Shown here: positions 1 to 11,709 of the stretch, piece by piece | Layout: each line of letters begins with the position of its first letter | Numbering within the stretch: the first letter of the stretch is position 1 | Assembly (NCBI RefSeq): GCF_963506605.1 | Contig: NC_083277.1 | Location: 82,336,001 to 82,400,000, forward strand | From: Zootoca vivipara | Lineage: Eukaryota | Reading direction: 5' to 3' | Length of the DNA stretch: 64,000 nucleotides | The notes under the pieces: generated by a model | The model's database searches: none | What the model saw: only the letters and a program-made list of their open reading frames with translations | Told to the model about the DNA's origin: nothing | Program-made: the position numbers and the translations under genes

Positions 1-121
1 GCATGTTTTGCCGATAGTATAGAAATGACTAGTGCCTAACCAGTTGTAAAAGAATCATCAGCAGCATACTAGCATTTGCCTCCCATTCAAAGCATCACTC
101 TGTTTTTGTCTTGTTCCACAG

Positions 122-1086
122 TATTTCGATGTGGGTCACCGCTCTCAGATCACGGGAATCCAACATTCACTGGGTGCACTTTACACAACTTCCACTGACA
201 AGACACTGCGTGTAAGAATTGTGGTGGTGTTTACGTTACAGGTCTGAACCACAGACAGGGCTTCCCAATCCCATCCTTCACCTGTGGGGGCAAAGCAAAA
301 CCTGCCCATTTTTCAGGTTGAAAGACAGAGCATGAAAGATGTGTCTTCCTAGCTAAAGCAGCCCAAACCCCTTGGAGTCTCCCACCAGCTGCGGGAGAAC
401 TAATAGCTTAGCATAGCCATGATAAAGGAAGGCCAGAGCCCGCGCAAAGCTGTTTTCACACCAGGTTTCCATGTCCCTGATTGCAGACCAATTGCTTCAC
501 AGTGCACTCCTGGTCTTTATCAGTCACATAGGTCATTCTTTTGGAGGTTTTCTTACCGAATAGTTGCCTTAGTACAACACCCTTGTGACTCCGAACCAAT
601 CTGCTCTATCCATATAGGCTATTTTCTCTACTTAGCCATTTTTTGTGTGGTACCGAAAAGCAACTTTTTTTCCATTTCATTAAATTTTAAGCTTCTAGAC
701 CGTAACCTCTTGGATTTCTCTTCCAGATCCATGTTCCCACAGATCCTCCCAAGGTCATCTGTTCACACACACACAGCTGTGTGCTAAATGGGGTAAGGAT
801 TGTGGGTGCTGGTCAACCTAGTTACAGACTTTTTATATTGGCCCCAACCTGAGAAAGGAAGCAGGGGAGATTGTGGGAGAAAGCATCCATAGCTGTCTTT
901 GTTATGTGGGGTTATGTGCTGAGGTGTGTGTTTTGGCTTCTGTGACTTTTGCTCACGGTACTTAGTTTGATTTCCTCCACCACCCACCCTTTCCTTTCTC
1001 CTCTTTTTCAGATCAGTGTTGAAGGAAACATAGCCGTCGCGGCCTCTGGTGGCGTCTCTGTAGAGGTCTGGAAGCTCAGTGTGTGA
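122..1086 (+). CDS. FBXW9: F-box/WD repeat protein 9, last three coding exons (5' part outside window)
   Basis: Exons 122-211 ([30 protein letters not shown]), 727-792 ([22 protein letters not shown]) and 1012-1086 ([24 protein letters not shown]). All have AG/GT boundaries in phase 0 and match the C-terminus of vertebrate FBXW9 as I recall it. Confidence 0.93.
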
Positions 1087-1923
1087 TGAGTCAGTGATGC
1101 ACACTTGCAAACACAAGTGCCAAGTCTCAGACAACATGCCCTGCCCCCAGGGTCCCGGTGCCCATTGAGTTGTTAGGTTTTTGTTTTGTCTGCTCTTTGG
1201 AGCTGTGAGCTTAGGGGTGTCCCAGGTAGCTTATAACCAAGAGTCATGCTCCTATATTAGTGGACCTCTGCATGTCCAAACCCTTTCAGCTGCTCACTCC
1301 CATTTCTCTTGTGTGTATGCGCATGTACACATACTCCTCGTCCATTTGAGCTGTCACTACCACACTCAGCCTTAAGGAGAGCAGCACTGCTGAGTGGCAT
1401 GGTCAATGAAGAGAACTAGCTGGCCCTTCAGGTGAAAGGATATTATCCTAGAGGTACAGCTCCAAGCCTGAGGAATGTCAGCTCAAGGGAAAAGAGTCAT
1501 GGGAACAAGGGAGGGCGGAGTTTCCCTTCAGGTTAAAAGCACCCTCTAGTGACCCAGTTCTGATCCATGTTTACAACTTTAAATTAAAGATGTTCTGCCA
1601 CAATTGCTGATCAGGAGTGATGGTGCCTTGTTTTGTTTCTCATGCAAGCAGCATGTTTTTAAAAGCCTGCTTATCTTTATACAACAGACTACATTCCAGC
1701 AACACAAAAGTCAACGGTTTGCACACACACACATAGAGAGAGAGAGAGGCCTGAGTTTCCCCCATCCCAAGGCAGCAGGGAAAGTTGTAGGATTTGATAA
1801 AAACATCGTTTTCAGAATGCAAGTAGTAATTGTAATACAGTTGTTATGGGAAGCAGCTCTTGCCTTCAGTTTGTTTCCATTTCTGACTTGGCTGGGTAAT
1901 AGCTATTAAAAAAAACCCAATGC

Positions 1924-1963
1924 AATAAAATACCTATTAAAGCAAGGAAGCAAACACAATAAA
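1924..1963 (+). terminator. Probable FBXW9 polyadenylation signals
   Basis: AATAAA at 1924-1929 and 1958-1963, about 0.85 kb after the stop codon. Confidence 0.55.
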
Positions 1964-2986
1964 ACAATAGAGCTGTGACTTCAGAAATATCTAGTCACTA
2001 CTCCGCCATGTGCCTCTTAGGTGATCTCCTTACATGTTGTGCAGTTTGGGCATTAGTTTCATTAAAGTAAATAGCTGTTGATCACATGAAACACAAATGA
2101 TCAGGTAAGGAAATATCAGGTAAGTGGAAGGAAGTGCTGCCTAACTCCTAGACACCTAAGCACTCTTAGAGCAACAGTGTGGCAAGCAGGGCTCCAACCA
2201 CTGGATCTGCCTGCTGTTTGTAGTAAGCTGTTTAAAATGTCTCTGGTTGGCACTTTGGCCTATTCCCTTGTGTCCCGGCATGCTTTACGTTTTTCTCATT
2301 GATATTAGACATCAACACAGCTACAGGCAATTTTTGTTTCCCAGACCGGTCAAGCTGGTTTGAACAATGTGGCTAAACTTGCTCCAGGAGGCTCCTACCA
2401 GGATGTGGTGGGACTGAGTGCACTGAGCTGTCCAGTTGTGTGACTGGTGGCTGCTGCATTCCAGTCCAGGCCTCCTTATACTGTATAGTATTTATGCGAA
2501 GTAAACAAGAGCCAATGTAGAGCAGTGGCTGCAGTTTTGGGGCTGAATGTGAGCAACCCAGGCTTAGATCCCTACCTGCAAGGCCACGAAGCCCACTAAG
2601 TGGCCTTAGGCAAATGAGCAGTCTGAAAAATAACTTAATTTTACTTAGTTTTCAGTAAAACAATACAGTCCTTTTTTTGGGGGGGGGAGAACAATCAACA
2701 CAGGTATTAATGTTGAAAGATGAGAGTACTTATAAAACAGAAACCTGCTGATGGTTGAGGGAGACTAACATGGCCATCCCTCTGGAAACTGGTAATGGAA
2801 CTGAGAGATTGCAACTGATGCTTGTAATACTTAATTACAAAGTGAGATTCCAAAGAGCAGGGGAGTCCAGTGTTGCACACCTTCCCGAAGGCAGTGGAAA
2901 CAGTACTGTGCTTCTGAAGAGAGGTATGGCTGAGAGTTCCATCTCCTTGCAGCTACGGTCCTCCACTCATGCCAGGACAGGGACCA

Positions 2987-5900
2987 TCAGGCTGGTTCCC
3001 CTTCCTCAGCCACGTATGACTCCTCCCTCCAAAACTGCACACGGCCCTCTGCAGCAGTGAGCAAGCAAGACTCAGTTGGGTGAAAGGACAGAGACTGAAC
3101 TGCAGTGTTGCTCACAGGCAAGCTCAGGGCAAGGGACCCCTGTGAAGAGGAGAGAGAAGAAGAAGAATGAAGATAAGGGTAGAGATAACATGTACTCCTA
3201 ACACTTGGGCAGCTAGACATGGGCTGGATTTCAGAATTGCATCTGCTATTCAAGCACCACCTCTTGTGCTGAATGATCAATATGAGAAAGGGACAATCCA
3301 AGTTTAAGAGAGGAAAGAGAAGAAATGCCTTGCAGTGGAAAGCATGCAAACTGTACCTGATCCTCAATGGTCATGAGGAAGCAAGTGTTATTTACACCAG
3401 AGATTTAAAATATTGCCTTTAGCTTCGAACCGATACAGTTGCATCAAAAGTGCTTCCTCCCATAAACTTCAGATAAGTGATAGTGGTCTACGTAACACTT
3501 AAAACTCACAGATTTTCAACCTTTTTGAGTCCGTGGCTCCCTTGACCAACTACATTCTTTCTGCGGCACCTCTGTGGGCTCAGGAGCCCAGATATGTCAC
3601 CCCTTGCCTGCAGAGCTGGCAGCCCCTCACCCCTCCCTTGTGGAGGGTTCCCTCAGCCTCCTTTCCAATCCCCTCTCCTTGGGAGTCCTCTGGGCAGCCG
3701 CAGCTGCCTCCTCCCCTGGTCTCTGAGCTGCCCCCTTGATCCTCCCTGACCAGCCCCAGAGGCACCATTCGCCTGGGGAGCTTGTAGCCAGGGCTGCTGC
3801 AATAAATAACTCTGCAAGCCTCTGGGAGGCAGAGATGCAAGAGGGCATCAGAGGAGGGAGGGAAGGAAGGAAGGAAAGAGGCACAGAGGCCAATGTTGCC
3901 CGTGGCACCCCGACCATCATTCAAAGCACCCCAGGGTGCCACTGGCTGAAAACCACTGCTTTAACTGTTCGTTTAACACATAGATTGGAAAATGCTATGT
4001 ATTACCGTAATTCCTCTGCCTATGTTCTTAGTGGTCATATTCAGGCAACTAAGTCATACAAAAAACAGCTACAGTTACTGTCAGCAGTTAAGGCACTGAG
4101 CTAAAATCTCTGCTGACCACCAACAATTTGGAGAGAAGGCTGCATGCTTTGTTCTCCTAAATTAAATGTTGCCTTATCCAACCAAACGGAAGTCAAGCCC
4201 CCCAAACTGCACCCCCCCACACACACACTGTATCTGTGGCTCAACTCCCATGAAGATCTGGTAAGTCACATGACTGCCCAAGAAGAAACACCTCCATTTC
4301 CCCAGGTCATTCTGCTCACCTCCACCAGGTCCCAGAAGTACACCTTCCCATCCTCAGAGCAGCTCCCAACATGAGTGTCCCTCTCGCTCATGCAGCAGTC
4401 CATCTTATAGGTTACATTCTTGTGGCCTGTATATCTAGGGGTGTCATTGGGGGGAAAATGGGATGAGAAAGAGGAGAATATTTCTGCTTTTCTCAGTCAA
4501 GCTTTCCCCCATCAGTCCACCTATGGTTGTTACTAGTCCCTGGCAAGGTAGATGGAGGATAACAAAAGCCCAGCATCACCAGAGTTCAAGGCAAACTGAC
4601 TGTGGCTCTGATTCAATGTATAAAGATCTGTATTGCACAAATTTCTCTAGTCCTCTAGGTTCTTTTACATGGAAGCACTCATACACTTAAACACTGGATT
4701 GGCTGCACCCAAATGCTGAAGAACAGCCACTCTTTTGAGCTGCTATTGTCTGTCGACAACAGGGTGAGGTGGGGGTAAGCTTTAATGACAGGACTAAATA
4801 ACTGCATTGCTTACTCTCCTAGTAGTTCGCCCGTATCCTTGTCCAGCAAACGCAGAGTAGAATCCAAGCTAGCAGCCAGGGTACATTGCCCATCTTTGCT
4901 GAAACACACGCAGGTGATGGGACCTATAATGAAAATATGGCAGCGCTGTGATTGATTGCATCAAGAAACAAAAAAGTGCAAGATTCTGGGCAATCCCCAC
5001 CAGAATTTGTTCCTAGGGGTTTCTTCAGGGCTACAAATTAGAAAGGAAGGAAGGAATAGTAGCTCGCAGAGATCACTGCCTAGAATGAGTCAGTGTCAGA
5101 CATATGATGCAAGATGTGGCTGAGTTCCTTCAGTTTGGACCTGAGGGGCATCTGCTAAAGAGAAGAGGGAGGGGAATACAGGTGAGGGAGGCAAAGGAAA
5201 TGCAACAGGAATTATCACCCTGAAAATTGTCTCATCATACCAAATTGTCAACAAGTCTGTAAGCAATACTCACTTCCGATGTAATCTGAGTAGAGCTCCC
5301 CAGCACGGAGGTCATAACGACGGACACGCCCATCTACAGAACTGAGAAATAAAAAGGGGGCAGTGGAAATCAGCTGGCAGCAGGAGGGTGGCACTCAGCA
5401 AGCACATTGGCTGACGACTCTGAGGTCTCAAAGGGTGCCCTTTCAACATTCCTGGTTTTCAAACCATGGAACTCAAGTTGTGGGACAGGACTCCCCATAC
5501 ACCTGTATTCGTTTGAAACTAACTTTCTCCCTTTTGGAGCAAACCCTGAAAATATTTGTTAGTTTCTGATGAATGTTTAGAAATGAGAGGAATCTACACA
5601 GTATGGAGCTACACAGCTATGTGACTTTAGGATTGGGCTTTTTTCCGAAAAGAATCTGATCAATTGGTCAGTCAAGTATTGTCAAATGCTGGTAATGCAA
5701 AACACCAACTTTATGAGAACAGCATAGAAGATAATGTTAAAAAGTTTTATATTTATAATAATTATAAATAACAAAACAATGTCAGTGACCATACACTGTA
5801 TTTTGGAATGTGATTGCAGCCATAGGGCTTCCTGAGTAGGCTTCCTTCAATCCATTGCAGATGAGTAGAGGGGTGAAACATACCTGGATGGGTCCGGAAG

Positions 5901-8900
5901 CCCCTAACAGATCCCAAGTTCCAGCATGGACTGTGCATGGCAGGGAATTTGCCCTCTCCAGCTCTAACTTCACCCCACCTTTCCTTACCCTGTAAGGATT
6001 TCATGGTCTGACACCTTCAGGCTGGAAATGCCATCCTTGGCCTCATCCAGGATTTGGATGGGATCTGGTCTGCGTGACCGGCAATCCCAGCAGCGGACAC
6101 TGGAGTCAATGGCACCTGCAAGAGAGCAAAGAAGTATATTGAGTAGAGCCTAAAATGAGTTCTCTGGGATTAACAGTGAAGCAGAGTGAGAAGAAAAGCA
6201 TTCCTTACCCGAAAGGATCACAGTTGCCTCTTCATTGAACTGGACACAGTTTACTTTCTGCCAGGTGAGGATAGAGAGAAGAGAATGAGATAAGCAATGA
6301 CTATTGTCTGACTGGTTTAACAGATTCAAGCATAGAAGGATTACATTCTCTGTTCCCATTCCTGCCACATTTCTACACAAAGTACCTCAACTCTTTGAAC
6401 TCCTTGAACTTCTACAGAGCTCTCTCTTCATTACTATTTCCACCCCACAAGCCAAACATCCAATGTAGTTTTGTAGCCAGCATGCAATACTTTGACACTT
6501 CTCATAAACTTCCTCCTACTGTAGTATCTAAGGTGTCAATAGTATTTTCTACCACACAGGTTTTTAGATGCCAAACAGACAAAACTGCAGACATTATCCA
6601 GTCACTGTGAGGCAGAACACATTTCTACCATCATCCCCCAGTGGAAGCTAAGAAGAATTCGCCTTCTTATGTGCATATAAAGCTGGATATTTGAATCATG
6701 TGCAGAAAAGCGCAAGCAAAATGATCAGGTGGGTGGAGAAACTCACCTATGCAGAAAGATTGCAGTATTTGGTGCTTTTTAGTTTAGGGGAAAAGGTGAG
6801 TAAGTAGGATGCACACACATGATAGCAGTATATAAAATTATACAGGGTACAGAAAAAGTGGACACAGACCATTTCTCCCTGTCTTATAGCATTATAACCT
6901 GGGGTGATCCAATGAAACTGGTGGAAGATTCAGGACAGTCAAAAAGAAGTCTTTCTTAACATAGCACATAGTTAAACTATGGAACTCGCTGCCACAAGAT
7001 GTGGCAATGACAACCATCATAAATGGCTTAGAAAGGGAACTGAACAAAGTAATGGAGGATAAAGCTATCAATGGCTACTAGTCATGACAGCTATACAATA
7101 TAGTCTTCTAAAATCAGAGGCAGCATGATTTTGAATGCCGGCCACTGAGAAACAAAAGCTCTCATACCCAGCTTGTGAGATTTGAGATTGGTCACTGTGG
7201 TGAAAAGGATGCTAGACTAGATTGGTCTGATCCAGGAAAGTTACTCTGTTCCATTTTCTTGGAAGGGACAAAGGACAGAAGAGGTCTTACCCCTGCATGG
7301 CCACGGAACTTGCGAATCACTTGACCTGTGGCAACATCCCACAACACTACTGTCTTGTCCGCACCACATGAACAAAGCTGGCTGTTATCAAATGATCTGC
7401 AGGGTGAATAGAGACAGATAATGATGGAGAAAGCATCCTGATTGCTTCCTGTATGTGCAATTCCCTGAATTGCTGTATTCTTACTGTGTTAAGATTGTCA
7501 GGTTTAATTTTTCAAAAGCTAAGTTTCAAACCGTAGGACATTAAAGATGGGTTCAAATGTATGGGGCAGGGACTGAATAGGATATCCTATTATCACTGGC
7601 TGGGTAGTGGGACAGTAAAGGTAAAGGTAAAGGGACCCCTGACCATAAGGTCCAGTCGTGACCGGCTCTGGGGTTGCGGTGCTTATCTCACGTTATTGGC
7701 CGAGAGAGCCGGAGTACAACTTCGAGGTCACGTGGCCAGCATGACAAAGCCGCTCCTGCGAACCAGAGCAGCGCATGGAAATGCCGTTTACCTTCCCGCT
7801 GGAGCGGTACCTATTTATCTACTTGCACTTTGACGTGCTTTTGAACTGCTAGGTGGGCAGGAACAGGGATCAAGCAACGGGAGCTCACCCCGTCGCGGGG
7901 ATTCGAACCGCTGACCTAATCGGCAAGCCCTAAGCTCTGTGGTTTAACCCACAGCGTCACCCTGGGTAGTGGGACAGTACTACTATGCTATTCACAGGTT
8001 TTCTCCCAACAGCTAGCAGGTCCAAGTTTTGCAAATTAAGACAATGCATTTAAATTGGTTTAATATACAACTGATAGCTTCATGGAGAAACTGATTTTTA
8101 TTTCTTTCTGGAATGTAAAAAATTTATTCATCCATATTTTTTTTCTTTTGATTATGATTATGATTCCTGCTGTATTGTATAACATTAAAAATTAAATTTA
8201 TGCAACACAGGCAGGTCAGAGGATTTAATTTGTTTACCAAGCAATTTCTAAAACTCTACTTTGCCCTGCTCACTACTCCAGTAGAAAAGTAGACGAAGCA
8301 TAGACCACAAAAGTTGTGACCAGTGACCCACCTGCTTTCCAGCCAGTTTTTAAAAAAATTGATTGATAGATTTTATATACAGTGGTACCTTGGTTTACAA
8401 CCATAATCCGTTCCAGAGGTCCGTTTGTAAACCAAAACAGGTTGTAACCCAAGGTGTGCTTTTGCCAATGGGGCCTCCCCAAAAAAATTTGTTCGTAATC
8501 GAAAAAAGGTTGCAAACTAGGACAGGCGCTTCCGGGTTTGACATGTTTGTAATCCAAAACGTATGCAAACCAAGGTACCACTGTACTACCCTATACCTGG
8601 AAGTCTCAGGGTGGTTCATAGAACAAAATCAAAATATAAAACCACAATATATATAATCAAAATAAAAACAACAACCCAATACCCCCCAAAAGAGCCACAT
8701 TTTAAAAGGGCATACCATCTCAAAGTTTCTGGTGGTATTTCACCACAAAATCTTTTTTTCCAAAAGTGTGGCTCCCTCTCCCCAGTTCTTACCCTGCTGC
8801 ATCCAGAACCTCATAGCCATGGCCACTGTAAGTCTTAAGGAGAGTGCCTTTGAGGGGGTTCCAGAGCTTAAGTGATTTGTCACTGCCACAGGTGAGACAA

Positions 8901-9731
8901 TAATTTCCATCCACTGCAGGGGGGGGGGAGAGGAAAAACTCACTGAACAGTATCCAATGCAACACTCTTCAGCAGTGTTCCTGACAGATTTGCCTTTCCT
9001 ATTTTCTGAAAATTTTCTCCTTGAGCAAGAAACTTATAACCACAGTATAGACACTTTCCCCCAATCATTATTATTTTCTTTAGCACATGAATCACTAAGG
9101 ATTATATTTAATATAGCACTAAGCTGAATGTTCCATCAGTGCAAGGATTTCCTCTTGAGCAATGGAACATTCTCTCTCCCCCTTCTCCCCACCCCCCCCC
9201 ACTCTAAATCTCTTCTGGGTTTCTCCCCACCCCCAACCCTCCAGAGTGGATTTGGGGATGGTACAGGGCAGGGGAAATCCCACTGTGCTAGTATTAATCC
9301 TTGCACTAGCACAAACCTTTAGTTGAATACTGCCCTAATATGTACTTTATGCATTGCATTGCCATTCAACTCCAACTTTTGGGTTTTCCTCCTTTGCACT
9401 TTTCTATGTATATATGCCAGGTAACTGAGGACTGCACTTCATGCATCTGATGTAGTGGGCATCCCCACACCTGCATTAACTAAGGCGTCACAAGACTCCT
9501 TGCTGGTTTAACTGCAACAGGCTACCACAACTTCACCTCTAAAAATTCTAAATCACACACTAGACTCTGCTTTGTTTCTCTGGTTCTAAAAATTCAACAC
9601 CATGTTATAGGATCAAGGGTACACTCACCATTGAACCTCACTGCCCTGACAGCTCCCTGTTTACATTCCAGTGTGCCCAGAAGTTTCTTTGGCAATTCAG
9701 GCTTCTTCAGTTTTGGCTCTGGAAAGGCCAT
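2987..9731 (-). CDS. WDR83: WD repeat domain 83 (MORG1), complete CDS, 9 coding exons, 316 aa
   Basis: Exons 9731-9629 (MAFPEPKLKKPELPKK...GAVRAVRFN), 8913-8793, 7396-7291, 6257-6209, 6115-5989, 5341-5274, 4923-4815, 4434-4320 and 3139-2987 (...FWREESYVAEEGEPA*). All introns GT-AG, phases consistent, total 951 nt; closely matches human WDR83. Confidence 0.97.
6690..7110 (+). mobile_element. CR1 LINE 3' fragment (decayed)
   Basis: Resembles the CR1 ORF2 end and 3' region (...GTTAAACTATGGAACTCGCTGCCACAAGATGTGG...ATGGAGGATAAAGCTATCAATGGCTACTAG). Boundaries approximate. Confidence 0.7.
7618..7961 (-). mobile_element. Sauria SINE, near full length
   Basis: Reverse-complemented (ACCTTT)n tail and tRNA-like head; 18-bp TSD CTGGGTAGTGGGACAGTA at 7600-7617 and 7962-7979. 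Confidence 0.9.
8380..8583. mobile_element. Tc1/mariner-type MITE
   Basis: TIRs CAGTGGTACCTTGGTTT...AAACCAAGGTACCACTG flanked by TA on both sides. Confidence 0.85.
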
Positions 9732-10379
9732 GATGAAGACAAGCAGGCGTGCTGTATGGGGATTCTTCTATACTGGATGCAACAGCTGCCACACTCGCAG
9801 CAAATTCTCAAGTTCTACGAAAACCCCAAAGTGGATTGATATGATGTGTTAGGATTGCCCCGAGTCTGGGATTTTTCTCCCTTTTGGAATACCACCCTAT
9901 TACAAAACGACACAGGCATAAAGAGAAATCAGGTCCCAGCTGCAACAGCTACTCAAGCTACCAGTTTCCTCACAATGGTAAATACCGGTACCATTTTTTT
10001 CTCCAGAAAGGAAAACTGGCAAAGGCAAATCACCTATGTCATGTAGCCTTGCTTATCTTATTTTACAAGTTTCTGTCAACCCTCTAGAAATCCTTCTTTC
10101 CAAACCAGTTAAAAGTTATCTTTACATAGCAAACCCTCTGCACATCTACAGTTCTTTAAACTTGCAGAGAACCACCAGAGAACTCTCTTTACTACTCCCC
10201 GGTGCTCTTCTCAATATAACTCTCCTCCTACGGTAGCCATTTTTGAGAAATGCTGTATTATCCTTTACAGTACCTTGCCTATATAGCTTGATTTACTTAT
10301 TTTCTTAAATTTATATCCCGCCTTTCTTTTACATGTGGTTCCGGGCCAAACCTGCTTCGTTTCACCCATGCCCCTTCAG

Positions 10380-11160
10380 ACCACAACCAGGAATCAAACA
10401 TGCGCAACGTGACTGAAAAACGACTTAGCACCTCTTATAGCTTCCCCCCAACGTTTAACTGCCAACTGAAAACCAGATTTTATTATGGGAAGGAGGAAGA
10501 TTGAATGAGGAACACAGCGCAGCCCTCCAATTCGCTCCCCTCGGTGCACAGCTACCTCATCTTTAGTTCCGCCCATTCACAGCGTGGATTTCAGCACCCT
10601 GGTAGGAAAAAAAACCCGGAAGGTTCTCTATTCCTTCCCTCAGTTGAACAACCCATAGCATCCCCCCACGGAAGATTAATCCGCTAAAGCGTCTCCAGTA
10701 TAGCGGCCTCGGGACTGATGACCGGAACGAGAAGACTTGAACTCCGGGGTGTTGCACTGTTACTTGTCCCCCTTGCGCCACTGAAAGGAAGCGGAAGTTG
10801 GTGTGGCGGCGGCGGGGGGGTGCTAGGAGTTAGCCAGAGGCGGTGCGCGATGGCCGGTAACAACGTAATGGACCCGCGGCGGCCAAATCGCGTTCTCAGG
10901 TCAGCGGCGTGGGGGGCGTGGGCGGGAGGGAGCAGGAGGGAGCGGGTGAGCTGCCAGGGCAAAGCCACGAAGAGGCCGCGAGCGGGGCGACCTTTGGCAC
11001 GGAAAGATTGAGCCGAGGGAGTGACGTGCGCTGCGGAAGGGGCGCTGAGACGTCACCCCTCGCTGTAGCGCGGGACAGGCATGGGGTCGCCATGGCAACC
11101 CAAGGCGGGGAGAGAGAGAGAGAGAGAGGCGCCCTTTCCTAATAACCACCGGACTGGGCA
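10380..11160. promoter_or_regulatory. CpG-island bidirectional promoter of WDR83/WDR83OS
   Basis: CpG-rich segment between divergent start codons. Tandem ETS/GABP motif GGAAGCGGAAG at 10787-10797, CRE-like TGACGT motifs near 11022 and 11050, RFX X-box GTCGCCATGGCAAC at 11086-11099. Confidence 0.8.
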
Positions 11161-11668
11161 GTAGGGGAAACTTTTCATGGGGGAAACTGCAGCAGAGGGA
11201 GACTAAGGGACAGAGATGGCTAGTGGTGGTTGACTGATGATGATCAAAATGTGCCCCAACTGCAAGTCCTGGACTGCTTCAAAGAGAATAGTGTGGCCAC
11301 CAGTCCACACTTACGGGGGATATATGTGTGTGCGCGCACGTGCAGTGCCAGATTTACGTATAAGCTATGGTAACAAGCTATAGCTTAGGGCCCCACTCTC
11401 TTGGGGGCCCAAAATTTTTTTAAAAGGGAATAAAACTGGATGTACATTTCCAAAATATATACTACTTCTTAATTGTATTTCACTATTAATATGCTGCTTC
11501 TTAATTGTATTTCAGTTGAACAATTACTTGGATAAAACACATATTTTGTTATGTGCAAATGGCTTTAGATGCCTATTAGGTCCATAATTACCATATATCA
11601 TATATTCAACACAAAAAACAGCAACATTACCTTCAGTAGCTTAGGGCCTCATCAAACCTCAATCCGGT

Positions 11669-11709
<41 letters not shown>

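Noticed and set aside
2345-2443. Acceptor-preceded 32-codon frame ending in CaaX-like CPVV*, near where human has GNG14
   Set aside because: No similarity to G-protein gamma subunits (no DPLL/NPF motifs) and no supporting upstream exon.
9440-9545. CTGATGTAGTGGG hammerhead-like core in a Penelope-like remnant
   Set aside because: CUGANGA is mutated and the GAAA strand is missing, so it cannot form a ribozyme.
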